A DNA stretch of 63,227 nucleotides, the filler included, from Catajapyx aquilonaris (taxonomy: Eukaryota), in assembly GCA_000934665.2 (NCBI GenBank). It is 2 parts of 2 records of this genome, joined end to end, with 100 filler letters (N's around TTAATTAATTAA, not from the genome) between each part and the next. Parts side by side here need not be neighbours in the genome. Positions count along the whole stretch, not along the records: positions 1 to 31,574 come from KZ539161.1; 1 more part is not named here. One strand, given 5' to 3'. A model generated the notes under the pieces. It saw only the letters and a list, made by a program, of their open reading frames with translations, was not told where the DNA came from and ran no database searches. A program made the translations under genes and the position numbers. Within the stretch, counting starts at the first letter, position 1; each line of letters begins with the position of its first letter. This document shows positions 12,273 to 24,654 of the stretch, piece after piece.

Positions 12273-13976
12273 CGTTGTATACTATAGTTCCAATCACTAG
12301 CCTGTTCCAAAACAAAAGGATCTAGATCAGTAGCTATATACATTAAGGATGTTTCATCAATCGAACGTATTGCATCTCTTAGATTAGACCCACAACTCGC
12401 CAATTATATGGATCTCAGCAATCACAACTAGTTGCAGCAGTTGTGCTGGTGCTTGTATGCGAAGGCAACTTTAAATTGACGGATGTAGACTCAGATGGAG
12501 CATATAATTATGTCCAAATTCGATCTAATAGAATGTACAGAAAAATATAATTCTGAGATGTGTAAATTGTGAGTCTAAATTAGCAGGTGTAATTATGATT
12601 TGGACAAATCTCGAGGTGGACTCCTGGATCATTTTATTATGAGCGTAATTTAGCAACCTTAGCTTTGTTACAGAGGTACAGGATAATGGGCTTCAAACAT
12701 AAGAATTTGAATGTTTTGTCAGGATGCGTTCCTCAGCACGAAATTGCATGGTTTACTTCAATATTATAAGTGTTATCATGAAATTCACATCAAAATTTCA
12801 ACGTAAGTTAGGTGTATCAGGCAGTATCCAAGCTGATGGAAGTATCGCAAGCAGCATCCGCCACATAGGATAATTATTATGGTATAATGCACTTTTGATT
12901 AGTGCTCATTATCTCAGTAACGAGACCAAAATTAATGACATTTCCACATTTATCGCCCGTCTTATTACACTGAGTTCACCGTAGAAGTTTGTCTGAATCA
13001 TTATTACCACATGATGTATAGGGCCTACGTATAACTACACGAAGTACAACAGGTCTGGGAATTGGATTAGGCGATTGAACGTTCCATTTTCCCAACAAGT
13101 TTGTTTTCTGAACATGTTTCTGATGATCTGGTGGCGCCATGTGTTTCCACAAATTTTACAATATATATTCACGCTGCAGGAAAAAAGGCCAGAAACAAGC
13201 ACACAACACACCATGGCAACACAGTGGCCAAAACTATTATATTGTTCTGGCAAAAACCGCCTAAGATAGATGGTAAACCAAAACCAACTGCAAATCAACT
13301 CGTTATTACTTTGTATTTACCACCTGTCAATGACCTGTTGCAAGTTTACTGCCTTGCAACCGAAGGAGAAGAAAATAATATTCTTTTGCTAGCTCTTTCA
13401 TTCGAACGCGAGCAGCGATAATAATATCGTGATTTTAATGGATTGACAGTTCTCCGCTGTACAACCGCGACAATATTCTAGAATCTAGATGCTACAAAAG
13501 TGGTAGGCACATATATTTTGGGGGTACTTACTCTGAAAAATTTGGCGCAAAGCTGTAGATTCAGGAGATCAAAATTGGGAAAGACCTCCAGTCGTTTTTT
13601 CGTGTGTGTAAAGACATTGTTGACAAGGTTGGCTACAATGCAGAGGCCCTATAGTCGCCATGGGAACATCAGTTTGGCTCATGTGCAGGGCAGGTGCAGA
13701 GTGAGCTAATATAAATACTACTCTACTCCCTCATGGTATGTGCTAACCACTCTTTGGTGCTAACAGAGGCACAGGACGTCCAGGGATTACAATATTGAAT
13801 TATATGGTAGGCTATGTGAAATTTCGCCCCTTTTCAAGAGCACGAAAATAGTACGGTACTTCTATTTGGACAAGTGAACCCATATGGTTTGGCGCATGGA
13901 ATGGAATAGGACAAAAGAAAGAGAAGAGAAATTAATGCCAAGTGCAGCATAACAGGGACGCCATGAACATTACATT

Positions 13977-14333
13977 TTTATTTTTTATTTTTTTTACGTT
14001 ACCCCGTGATAGGGCCATAGGCCCTTATAGGGGGGTGGAATACCACCATTTTCCCTTCAATTTTCTGATTTTTCTTCTAACTCCGGTGCAAGGATGAAAG
14101 GACATGAGGTAAGGATATAGGGATTTTTGGGGAGGGAACATTGGTGCAAGTGCAAGGTCGGTAAAGGGGTCATGTGCTGTTCCCCAGGAGGTTAGGTTGC
14201 CAGACACCTCCTTGGTGCAGGTTAGAGACCCTCCCGACGCAGGTGAAAGGAAAGTTTCCCAGGCGGGGATCGAACCTGGGGTCTTTCACTCAGCAAGCCG
14301 AGACGTTACCATCACGGCCACCACACCTCCCCT
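13977..14333 (-). mobile_element. tRNA-derived SINE, family A copy 2
   Basis: Near-identical to 1496-1843; TSD cattacatt at 13968-13976 and 14334-14342. Confidence 0.9.
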
Positions 14334-14745
14334 CATTACATTATTAAAAGTTGCATTCTTGCATATACGGTATATCTTATACGTAATAAAACTCTTGGCC
14401 AGTAAACACACAGAATGACGATGATACGTAAAGAGATCAAATAAATAATCACTGTCAAAACAACCAGGCAAGGATGACTGTCTTGTACTTCTTACTTATC
14501 CTAAACCAATTCCTAGTAACCTTGCACTAACTTGCACTAACTTATTTACAAGTAAGTGTACTGTACTACAAGTGCATGCAAAACTGCTAAAAATGGGAGT
14601 CTCAGTTAACTTTAGGCGCCTTATCTTTTTAGCATATCACTAAAATCGGTATTTATTATTACCAAGGTATAGTGGTAGAATCAGGCATTCTCAAGATGTG
14701 TAACATGAATATTTAACAGAACAAATTGGGAGTAAATTCATTCCG

Positions 14746-15150
14746 AATTGAGGTGACTACTCTTACGGTACGCGTCTTGCAACTAAAATGTTTTTATATT
14801 TGGCAAATATCAAAAAAGGGTTCCCCAGATTTTGCGGAAATATCAAGTAAACATTACCCGGATCGTTTTAAGTGCCATTCAAAAGAAATCGTAGGGGTCA
14901 ATTATTATTGATCAATTTCAAAATCAAAAATTGGCCGTCATCTTTGATCCAAAATTTTCGGATTTTTCAATTTTGAGTATGACCGTCTCTTGGAGCATAA
15001 AAACACAGTTCGAATATGCATATCAAAAATGAGATTTGACCCGACATTCTCCGAGTTATGGTCGTTCAAATGAGGTGACTATATTTACCGGACGCGTTTG
15101 GAACCAAAAAAGTTGTTATTGTCGGCCAATATCGAAAAAGGGTTCTCCAA
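14746..15150. repeat. Two diverged ~85-bp direct repeats, probably a DNA transposon subterminal remnant
   Basis: tgaggtgacta...acgcgt..tg.aac.aaaa.gtt.tt....ggc.aatatc.aaaaagggtt at about 14749-14828 and 15071-15149. Confidence 0.45.
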
Positions 15151-16906
15151 GTCAACCCCCTTTAAACTGGGGATTAATCCTAGTGTGATAGTGAAAATGC
15201 CATTATAGGTCCATTGTGTCAGTGTGGCCCATTAGTAGGTAAATGCCCAAGGCATATCCATCCTGCATACCCAAGAAGGTGGGGGTGTCAATCATAGTGA
15301 TATGCTGAACATTACAATGGAAGTGAATATGGGACATCAGCACCTCCTGGAAATTGATCGAATCGTGAAATCGTCACCGAAACAATTAGTGTTGATCACA
15401 CTACGTAAATGCTACTGCAATATCCTCATACATACAGGAGATAGAATCAGCTATACTGCCTTCCCAGTTGCAGTAACAGAGAATCAGCTCCCAAAAAACA
15501 TTTTTAGGGTGATGTGTTCCAACTCAGGCTTCACATGCATACTGTATAACCCTGTGAATAGAGTGAGAGGAAAGATATGCCAATGTCAAGATATTTGACA
15601 CCTTGCCATTGAATCAGTCCCATTCATCATCTTCGCCTCTAGGCTTCTCAGGCCAAACGACACCGCAACATACACTGACCCTCTAGTCTAGTGACTCTGT
15701 CACTGGGGCCAACCATATTCCATCTCCTCACCATTGAAGGGGCAGTCATGTTGCTGCTCACACACCTGCTGGCCATGGATGTATTCTGCTGCTAGCTGTG
15801 TGTAGGGTGGGTGCAGGCTCCTTGTCTATCAGGAAAACGCCGGAAGAATATTCGTCTTCAATGCGACAGTCGACAGACCCCAAAAATTAATCACGACTGT
15901 CTTGTCCAACCCACCTGAATAGTACGGAAAAGTCTGTTTCTCTTTTATGTTTATATTCTTTTTTTTTCCCTCGGCCATGATGTTGCAGGGTTGCCCAATG
16001 AAAAATTTACAACAGGCAAAAGTATAAAATATTTAAAATTTGCTGATTAATCAATGCTTCGCAATTACTGGTTTAAATAAGCATGTTTTTGCAAATGTAA
16101 TTAATGAGGTGCAGAGTTGCCACGTCTAAAACACAATTCGAGCTTCAAACAGGGAGTTTCGATGTTTTAAAATACAGGTTGAGAATCCTTCTACTTCTAG
16201 CCAAAATTCCAAAAACCAAAAAAACTCCAAAATATGAAAATTTTGTATGTGTGAGAGTGCTGACACGACACACCATACACTACATGAGTGTAATATGACT
16301 AGCATCATTACCTGTATCTGTATGTATGCACAATTGTTTAAAAACTTCAGATACAAACGTACAATACATTTACATAAATCTTGTTTTCATGGCTACTTAA
16401 CTCATAGTTTGCATCAACTTTAATTCATGCAGCAGGGCAGGAGTGCTTTAAAATTGCGAAATTCACTTCTCTGCCAAATATTACAGGAAATATTTGTTCT
16501 CAGAGTCCATTTTCCTTTCCTCTCAAGGCATTTTTCCAGCACCTTTTATCTGCTTCCACTCCCTCGATTGCAGATGAAAACACAAGGTGTATGTCTCACA
16601 TAATAATGTCAAGTCATTCAGGAATAGTCTGCATCACAAGCTGCATTAGGGCTGTAATATTGTCAACAAATGTTGCAAGGAATGGACTGGACAGGTAGCA
16701 CTTGGAATCATCCATGCTTCATGGGAAGGTCAAATATTGCACATTAAATGTATGTGAAGAGGGCTCCCAACTCCAGTTGCAGTTAAAATCCCAAATTAAG
16801 GGGACATGCAATGTTTTGAACCAGGGCCTCATGTATACAATGAATACAAAATCACATCCAATGACTATACCACCAATTCAATCATACTTGAACAAGGCAT
16901 GGCCTA

Positions 16907-17141
16907 AAGGGTGGTATCCACTGCTCAATATCAAGGGGTTTCAACCCGTTCAACGCCTTGAGTCAACCCCTTGAGCGGGCTTGAATCGAGTAGAGCACGG
17001 CCCTACTTGATTCAACCCATTGTATCAAGGGGTTGAATCAAGTAGGGTCGTGCTCTACTTGGTTCAAGCCGGCTCAAGGGGTTGATTCAAGGGGTTGAAC
17101 GGGTTGAAACCCCTTTATAATGAGCAGTGGATACCACCCTT
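16907..17141. mobile_element. Palindromic MITE (Harbinger-like or TA-target)
   Basis: cTAAAGGGTGGTATCCACTGCTCA...TGAGCAGTGGATACCACCCTTTAg; almost wholly self-complementary. Second copy at 31404-31574, cut by the gap. Confidence 0.85.
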
Positions 17142-17799
17142 TAGACTGTGATTGAATTCAAGAAGCTCTTTGACTCTATGACATACCGTCATACGTGATC
17201 TATTGAATCTTATGCTAAGATCCAGGAGTTGTCCATTTACCTTCCCAACAACATTTTATTGAAATTTTTATTTCCATTTCAACTCTCGGACTTACACTCA
17301 CACTCTTAATCTGACACACAATCACACACCCACCCACATCCACTCACACTCTTAAACTGGCACACACACACACCCATGCTGAACATCACACAACATTTAT
17401 ACCCCTCATCCACCAAACTGCTCCTGGCAAGCTTCGATACAATCATTTTCAGACATGTCAAGGATGTTCGGAGTGTCATCATCGAGGATTGGTTTACCTT
17501 CATAGCGAAAGCAAACCGTTTTGATGTCCAGTCCCTGTAATATTGATAACATGCAATCAGTCTTACATTCTTACAAGAAAATTATTCAAATGCAACCTAG
17601 ATTTAGGCAAGCCAAATGCTACTGCAAAATCTATATCTGCACAATATACACTTTTAATATTCCACTTTATGCAAAATTTGTTGGTAACAATAAGTACGGT
17701 ATGTAGAAATAGCTGCCACAAAAGCATCGCCATGTACAGACATTTCTATTGGGTCATTTCACATCAGTTCATTAATCTAAAAATGAAACTGGTACTGCA

Positions 17800-17926
17800 T
17801 AGTGGTGGAAATTTATGGAGAAGCACAAGTGTTGCCTTCTGGCAGAGTTTTCCCTCCATATGAAGCTGCTTCATGAGGGAAAACTCTGCGGCGACACTTG
17901 TGCTTCTCCATTAATTTCCACCACTG
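17800..17926. mobile_element. Short MITE, also at 30333-30462 and 46397-46506
   Basis: TIR CAGTGGTGGAAATTAATGGAGAAGCACA and its reverse complement. Confidence 0.8.
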
Positions 17927-19096
17927 CACTCACCATCTCAAATTTTCTTGCAATTTTTCAAGTGTAAACTGGGAACTGGGAAACTCAAGTCCTGAAAGTT
18001 TCAGCTTCCTAGCTCTTACAGTTTCTTGAGTTATGGCTAGGCAAAATTGGGGAGAAAATGGCTACCACAGAGTCCAGATAGCCAATTAGTGCACAACTTG
18101 TTTTTCAAAATATTTTATTGTATAATAACTACTCAGAACGGTATAGGAGGTTAAAAATTACTCCATCTATGTAAAAAATGCTGTCAGATTAAAAATTTGT
18201 GGTAATATCTTCACACTATAAAATGACATTATAGGCAAGATGTTATCAAGTTCTGACCTTGAAACTTTCACAGCTAATACCCAAAAAGGGTATACTGAAG
18301 TTTTAATTGCAGACTGATATAAGAACAACTGATAACAGCAACATAATTATGCTTTCAGTTTCCCCATGAACAAGTGCATCTGATCCGAGAAGAAATGTAT
18401 ACAAAGTGTGTGTATTCCAGCTGTTGCAATCCTTTCAAAATTCAGAAGAAAAAAGTGAAAAATAATTGATACAATTGAATCTGGATATAACAGCCTCGGT
18501 TATAACAGACTTGAAAGGCCGGTCCATAAGGGCATGTGTATTTTTTACTCCTGATGTAACATATTGTACTCATTTTCACCTCACCTCTAGGGCCAAGAAA
18601 TCGGCTGTTATAGACTAGACCCTAGAGGCTATAACAGCCGATTTCTTGGCCCTTCAACTGAAAAATATGCTGCTTTTGAATACTCAGCTTCATGAAGTGA
18701 GGTAAGCACTGCATACTGGAGCCGGGGTGATTTTCCCACCTCTGGCCTGACACTGATCTAACCTTCCTACAGCGCCTTTACATACACTTGCCGAAAAGGT
18801 CAAAATAATTCTTTTTCTACCAGTATATTTGGCAACAAGGAGACGGCATAAGAAAATGAAGGATTAAAAAAAAAATCTTGCCTAATTTACAGGTGAACTA
18901 ATTTTGTATTTTTGTGGATAGTTTCATTAATCAGTATGCAATACCAGTCTGTTGCAAAAGTTTTCAGCTCCTGCAATTTCCACTGAGGGGTGATAAAAAA
19001 ATCGAGCATAAAAGAATATTGCGAATGAAGTTGGAATGGCGAATATGATGGAAATAGTACATGGAGCATGAGAAATAAGCATGGGTGGAATATGTA

Positions 19097-19879
19097 GAGG
19101 GTCATTGAAAAAGAATGTCCCAATTTTAAAACCCTATAACTTGAAAACTTGTAGACATATCTAAATTATTTAAGTTTTAAAATGCTAAGAAATGACTAAA
19201 GTTTTGGCCTCACCTTATAGTTTGTTTCGATATGAGCTTCATTTGTTGCTCAGCAAATTAAAAAGAAAGTATTCAGTCTCGAGCCAAACCAGCTCAATCA
19301 TAGCTGGAGTTACAGTTGTGATCCTATCCCGTAGGAGCAGGAGATGATGGGTCTTTACACCACACACATTGTTCTTGATGATGTACATAAAAAGTCTCCT
19401 CATCCATGAAAATAATCTTGCCCTATAGGAAAGTTTCATTTGCTCAGCCCCCCAGTGTTCAAACCCCCAGTGTGTGAAGTTTCCCAATGTCTAGCACCCC
19501 CAGAAGCCCAGATCTTAACCTGATTGACTTTTTTGTGGAGATATACATAGAGGAGGCGGAGTGGTGCTCGGTAACGTATGCGCCCACAGATGTTAAGGTC
19601 CCGGGTTCGATCCCAACCCGGGGACACCCCCTTCATATCGTGCAGAGTTCAGGGTCACCTCTGGCTTCGTCTCGGGTGGTATTTCCACAGACTAAACCCC
19701 CCGAAGGAGTTCACTAAAAATGGCCACGTTTAAGACATTGCACTGCACCTTGCACATCCCCTCCTGTCATCCTGCCCGTGGGCCCCACCAGTTCAAAAAT
19801 CAGGTTCCACTGTATGTACAATAAATATACAATAAAGGTCCCTGACGCATACCCTAAGAGGGTCAGGCACTACCCAAGG

Positions 19880-19945
<66 letters not shown>

Positions 19946-20050
19946 GTGGAGATACATGTATGGTGGAAAGATCTGGCATCTGCAGCACTTATGGGATAGG
20001 ATCACAATGGTGACTTCAGACATGTCTGATTAGGTTAGGCACGACGCAGA
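19097..20050. mobile_element. Two divergently oriented mariner-family transposase C-terminal remnants
   Basis: Minus strand: IKNNV...LRDRITTVTPAMI..VW.E.EY...NEAHIE then TIR (intact form caatgaccctg-TA at 29201-29213). Plus strand: PRSPDLNLIDFF/LWRY...LQHLWDRI, split by a SINE. Confidence 0.65.
19550..19943 (+). mobile_element. tRNA-derived SINE with (ATT)n tail
   Basis: B box GGTTCGATCCC at about 19604; (ATT)n at 19880-19945; TSD ttgtggagata at 19533-19543 and 19944-19954. Confidence 0.85.
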
Positions 20051-20053
20051 TTT

Positions 20054-21557
20054 GTTTCAAAAGTATAGGGCTAAGGGTGGTGCATGTCAAAAAAGTTTGT
20101 CCGGTCTTACTGTACCGGCATGTTTGTGATAAGCAACATTAAATTCACAAGTCATATTGCATCAGCCAGTGCAGTGGCTGGATATGTAAACGGGGCCCTA
20201 GTCACAGGACAACTGACTGAGTCTTCAGAATGGAATATGGATAGGAAGTACCTCAAGTCCTGCGTCACATCGTTGTTGAGGAGCACGGAAAACGAACTCT
20301 GACCAATACCATAGTCAGGAATCTGCACCTGCCTAGGTTCATAATTAGTGGCATCATATAGCGAAACAAAAAGACGAGGTCCATCGCCAAGAAACCCCGA
20401 TCTGGGCACCCTAGCATAACCACAGCTGCAGACTAATGCAGTCTGTGTATGGTTATCCCAGGGAGCAGGAGCATCACAACGGCAAAGGTAAACTATGAGT
20501 GGTCAGGAAGAACTGGAAAGTCAACATCAACATTCATGTGCCTTTACCTCAGTGGTTTCCAACCGGGAGGTCGCGAGCCTTTGTTAAACTTTTCTTTTTT
20601 GTAATTGCTGTGTAAATTGAACCATTTTTGCAGCCGTACAGAATGTATGTTTTCTGGAAATGGGGCAGTTGTAGAAGAGGCCGGGGGGNNNNNNNNNNNN
20701 NNGGGGGGGGGGTCGCACATTTATGGAAACATGTTTAGGGGGTCGCAGTTGGTAAAAGGTTGGAAACCACTGCTTTACCTGATCCGTAAGCTGTGGTATA
20801 ATTGAGAAAATGTGCATGAAACTGGCCGTGAAGTTAGTTCTTGTCCTCATTTTCTTCCAATGAAGGACTAAGAATAAACTATTCCTGGTGACTGCTCACA
20901 AAAAGAAAACGAAGGTTGGCATAGGCTCAGCAGAGCATTGTAACTGGTCCAGCATCTATGGGACAGTGTGATTTTAAATGATAAGTCCAAGTTCGAGGGG
21001 CACCCCGAATGCGAGTTATTTGTAGGCATGATGAAGGATTTCATTCTGACTTCTGAGCCTGAGCTGTTAAGTTCCCAGGCAAACTCCACTTTGTGTTGGA
21101 GACCATCCATGATTTGGCGTACCCAGCCATCTTTGGAGGACAGGGTTCTCCCTTCAATCCACACTTCGTCCAGATGGCGAGTATAACTTTCAGCAAGACG
21201 GTGCTTCCTTCCACATTAAAAAAAAAAAAACAAGAAATGGCGGCTGGAGCAGCAAAAAGTTCCTGTTCTGCTGAACTGCCCTCCACACAGTCCTGACTTG
21301 AACCCCATCGAAAATGTATGGCACATTATGAAGAGGAGACTGGGTCACTTACGGCCACGCAACATGCAGACATTAAAAAGGTGTATGGCAGAGGTTTGGG
21401 ACACACGCATTACCCTTGAGTGTGCCCAGGGGTGCTGTAGTCCATGCCTTCTCACATTGAAGCAGTCATATCTGCTAAGAGAGACACAACATGGTTTTGA
21501 ACAGACCCAGACGAACTTTTGTGACATGCACCATGCGTAGCCTTATACTTTTGAAAC
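20054..21557 (+). mobile_element. Degraded Tc1-like (DD34E) element
   Basis: Inverted repeats at 20054-20107 and 21502-21557; transposase relics RLA*AQ..NW....WDSVILNDKSKF, FQQDGA..H, QSPDLNPIENVWHIMKRRL. Confidence 0.8.
20550..20772. mobile_element. hAT/Charlie-type MITE
   Basis: TIR CAGTGGTTTCCAACC / GGTTGGAAACCACTG; perfect 8-bp TSD ctttacct at 20542-20549 and 20773-20780. Confidence 0.92.
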
Positions 21558-23254
21558 ATGCTGCCAAAGTTAATGTGTGATTATCTCCACGGATAAAGAT
21601 CCAAATTAAAATATACTCCACCCATGCTTCTCTCTCATGCTTCATGTACCATTTCAGTAAGATTTGCCATTCCATCTTCACTCGCACTTTTTAAATGCTC
21701 GATTTTTCATCATCCCTCAGTGGAAGTTGGAGGGAACCGAAAACTTTTGCAACAAAGTTATAGTGTACATCATAAGCATATGGAAAGCAGAAAACTCAGT
21801 GTTGCCATTGCAAAAGTGGCGATTTGGCTATAACAGACCTCGGTTATGACATACTTTTTTCCACGGTCGCTTTTTACAGGAAGAAAATTGAAAGTACACA
21901 AGCAGTCTACTGAACTCTGAACTGATTGAAAGAATGTGGTTATCTTACCAGAAAAAGCACTCTAATTAGAAACCTGAACGTTTTGAAGACCTCACATGAG
22001 AGGAAGAGAATTGAATTTCCAGCTTTTCATGTAAATTCTGATTTTTAACTGTTCAAAGTAAAATTCACATACCTTTTATTACTCATTTAGAAAGTTATCA
22101 AGATTAGCTTTCCAATGGTACTACGAGTAGTTCTGTTACTGTACGAGCTATGTAAGTTTAACAATTATTTGCTTGCAAGGTCTCAAGCTTAATGCATTTT
22201 TGGACATGAAATGTATATATTTTCCTATTTCACATATTCTACACACTGATCACGGAAATAATTAAAATCTGATGAAGTTTTGAAATCGGCAGGTTTTTAA
22301 CCATAAGTGTAGCAGTTTGTAGGTTTGTAGTGCAAGTAATGAATGTATAGTAGAATAAATAACAAGAGAGTGCACCTTTCATAATAATTAGCAATGCTTT
22401 TCTCCCATTTAAGACCAGTATAATGAAAAATTTATAACCTTTGATCTAAGATATCAACCTGAGATTTTGAGGCTCTCTCCTTTTTAAACATGTGCAACAA
22501 AATAATGTAATCAGCAGGTATTTTTTTAAATATAGGTATAGAGTAATTTTCAACTTTCTTCCATTATTAGTTATTATACGTCCTATAAAACACTTTGAAT
22601 ACCAAGTTGTGCACTAAATATATTGGCTTTTGTATATTTGGTAGCCATTATTACTCAAATTTTGCCTAGCCATAACTCAAGAACTGTAAGAGCTATAGTG
22701 TAGGAAGCTGAAATTTTCAGGATATTCGATTACCAGTACACAGTTTATACATTTAAAACTGCAAAATCTTATGAGATGGTGGGTGACATGGCCTGGATGA
22801 ACTGATGTGGACTGACCCAGTTGCATTAATTATTGGATTGAACAAATGGTTGTGGATTGGAGAAAACACTCCAAGAAAAATTTGGAATTAGGGTTTGTAG
22901 TATTGCTTGTGAGAGTTATTTCTAAATGAGATTTTTTTTAACATTATTGCAAAACTAGTCAGCCATTTTTGCCAATCTGTCCATTGAAAGTTCTACATTT
23001 TTCTAACAATAAAAACCACAGTGAAAAAGCCGCACAACATTTTGATATATTGTATACATTACAATCTGATGTTTGACCATGTTCCCGAATGGTAACGAAG
23101 ATCATAAGCCCATTCCATGGGAATGGCCATTTCACACTTTGAAGTATTCACCTCACTACAATTCACTACAATTACTTGTCATTATGTCAAATCAATTTAA
23201 ATAAGGAGGTAGCATTGGAGTCTAGTCATGATTATGACACAAGAAAGCATACAC

Positions 23255-24224
23255 CTGATTGTGCAAGTGACCAACTCCCTGGGCTTGGGCCATACCAATT
23301 ACTGTACTAAGGTAGTACATGCACAAAAAGATTCGCAGCAAACCCAACCAACTGGAACTTCCTACACTGACTGTCAGTTCAAAAGCACGTTCTCACCACA
23401 TACAGTGGAACCTCGTACTTTGAACACCCTTAACTTTGAACACCCTTAACTTCGAACATTCCAGAATCCGAATTCATGAGACATTCGATCCGAAGTTCTA
23501 ACGATGCTTCAGAGTTTGAACTGCACAGGTAATGAAAAAAATGTGTTTGCTGAGTAAACGCCATCTGTTGTGCACCCACTTCGTCTCCTGCTCTTTCTGT
23601 GAAAACATCTTTTACGTTATGCTCGTGTGCTTTCAGTGGGGTTTTTTTTTCTCGCTTTATTATTGATATGTTTGGTTATGTCTAAGTTAATAGAAAGTGA
23701 CTCCCCTTCCAAGCAGAAATCTTTCTCTTTCTCTCCACCAGACACCACCTCACTTGGACAATAATTGCAATTTTCTTTTTATTATGCAGTATTTATTTTC
23801 GTATTTTATTTATTGTTTTCATGTGGTAATTCATTATTTAGGGCATTAATTGTGTTATTTTTACCTTAAATTATGTGAATTTGCTGTTAAAGTTTATCGA
23901 AATGGGTATTGTTTAGTTTCTGGGAACGGAATAATTCACTTTCCATTATTTGTTATGGGGAAAACGGATTCGGACTTCGAACAATTCAGAGTAAGAATGA
24001 CCTCATGGAACAAATAAAGTCCGAAGTACGAGACACCACTGTATTTAAATACAATATCAAATAAGAGAAAATAACTGAGGATACTGACCCGGCTTTCACA
24101 GTAGGCCTTTTTGACCACCGACATCGAAGTTGTTGGATTGATCCGGAACAGCAATTCACACCCATCATGGCCCAACACTTTAATCTTCATAGGTGAGTAT
24201 GATGCCATTTGGTTTAGAATCTGT
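23255..24224 (-). pseudogene. SUMO-like pseudogene or highly diverged SUMO paralogue
   Basis: Exon 24089-24224: MKIKVLGHDGCELLFRINPTTSMSVVKKAYCESR|gtcagt, resembling SUMO IKLKV.GQD...FK.K.TT..KL..YC.R with the intron at the conserved position. The next exon from 23361 reads EVPVG-LLRIF only after removing a 5-bp ggttg duplication. No QTGG terminus was found. Confidence 0.7.
23403..24041. mobile_element. Tigger/pogo-type non-autonomous element in the SUMO-like intron
   Basis: TA-CAGTGGAACCTCGTACTT ... AAGTACGAGACACCACTG-TA. Confidence 0.8.
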
Positions 24225-24654
24225 CTGTAAATAGAATGCAGGGGAGAAAAATGTCATATTCAGTAATGTGCAAACAAAATGTAGGTTCATAGTAATAAAG
24301 AGTACTCTGACTATTTTAGTGACACAACAATGAAATGTAATTTCTGCAATAACATGCACAAAAGTCTGGATTGTTATTACACAGAATTATCATGACACTA
24401 ATACATTACGATGAATAATTGAATGGTTACCATGCATAGCATTAAGATTCCAAAAATGTGGTAAATGAAACAGATAGCCATTAGGTATTTGTACGAGCCA
24501 TCCACTGGGTATCAAATGGGAACTATTATTCCCATGTTGGCCCATTTATGCATAGATTATGCAGTACCCCACACTTCACCACATGCAACACTGACACTGA
24601 TGAATGAAAACTCTCCAAATGATCGCCAGGATACTTTGTGAAGCATTTGTACTT

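Larger units (their letters stand above)
18945..21760. mobile_element. Element with ~150-bp TIRs inserted in the pogo-like element
   Basis: 18945-19092 is the diverged reverse complement of 21611-21760 (ctgttgcaaaagtttt...gcatgggtggaatat). It is absent from the copy at 55210-55260. Confidence 0.65.
18472..21868. mobile_element. pogo/Tigger-like non-autonomous element split by later insertions
   Basis: Start TA-CAATTGAATCTGGATATAACAG and repeated tataacag.cctcggttataaca motifs. 18472-18944 and 21761-21868 are contiguous in the copy at 54989-55330. Confidence 0.65.
16905..22352. repeat. Left arm of a large inverted duplication
   Basis: 16905-19180 matches the reverse complement of 29127-31574, and 21293-22352 matches the reverse complement of 28072-29126, at roughly 90% identity by eye. 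Confidence 0.95.
17751..22818. mobile_element. Long-TIR non-autonomous DNA transposon (Sola2-like termini) hosting nested insertions
   Basis: Termini GGGTCATTTCACATCAGTTCAT / ATGAACTGATGTGGACTGACCC; inverted similarity continues (17930-18100 versus 22603-22780); flanks tatt / agtt. The superfamily is inferred from the termini only. Confidence 0.7.

Noticed and set aside
13060..13330. TGA-as-Trp reading suggesting a mitochondrial or Mollicute insert
   Set aside because: The frame is closed by TAA on both sides, uses TGG for Trp, and resembles no mitochondrial protein I recognise.
15320..15355. Minus-strand FPGGADVPY resembling the biotin-ligase N-terminal motif
   Set aside because: An isolated short match surrounded by stops, with no flanking similarity.
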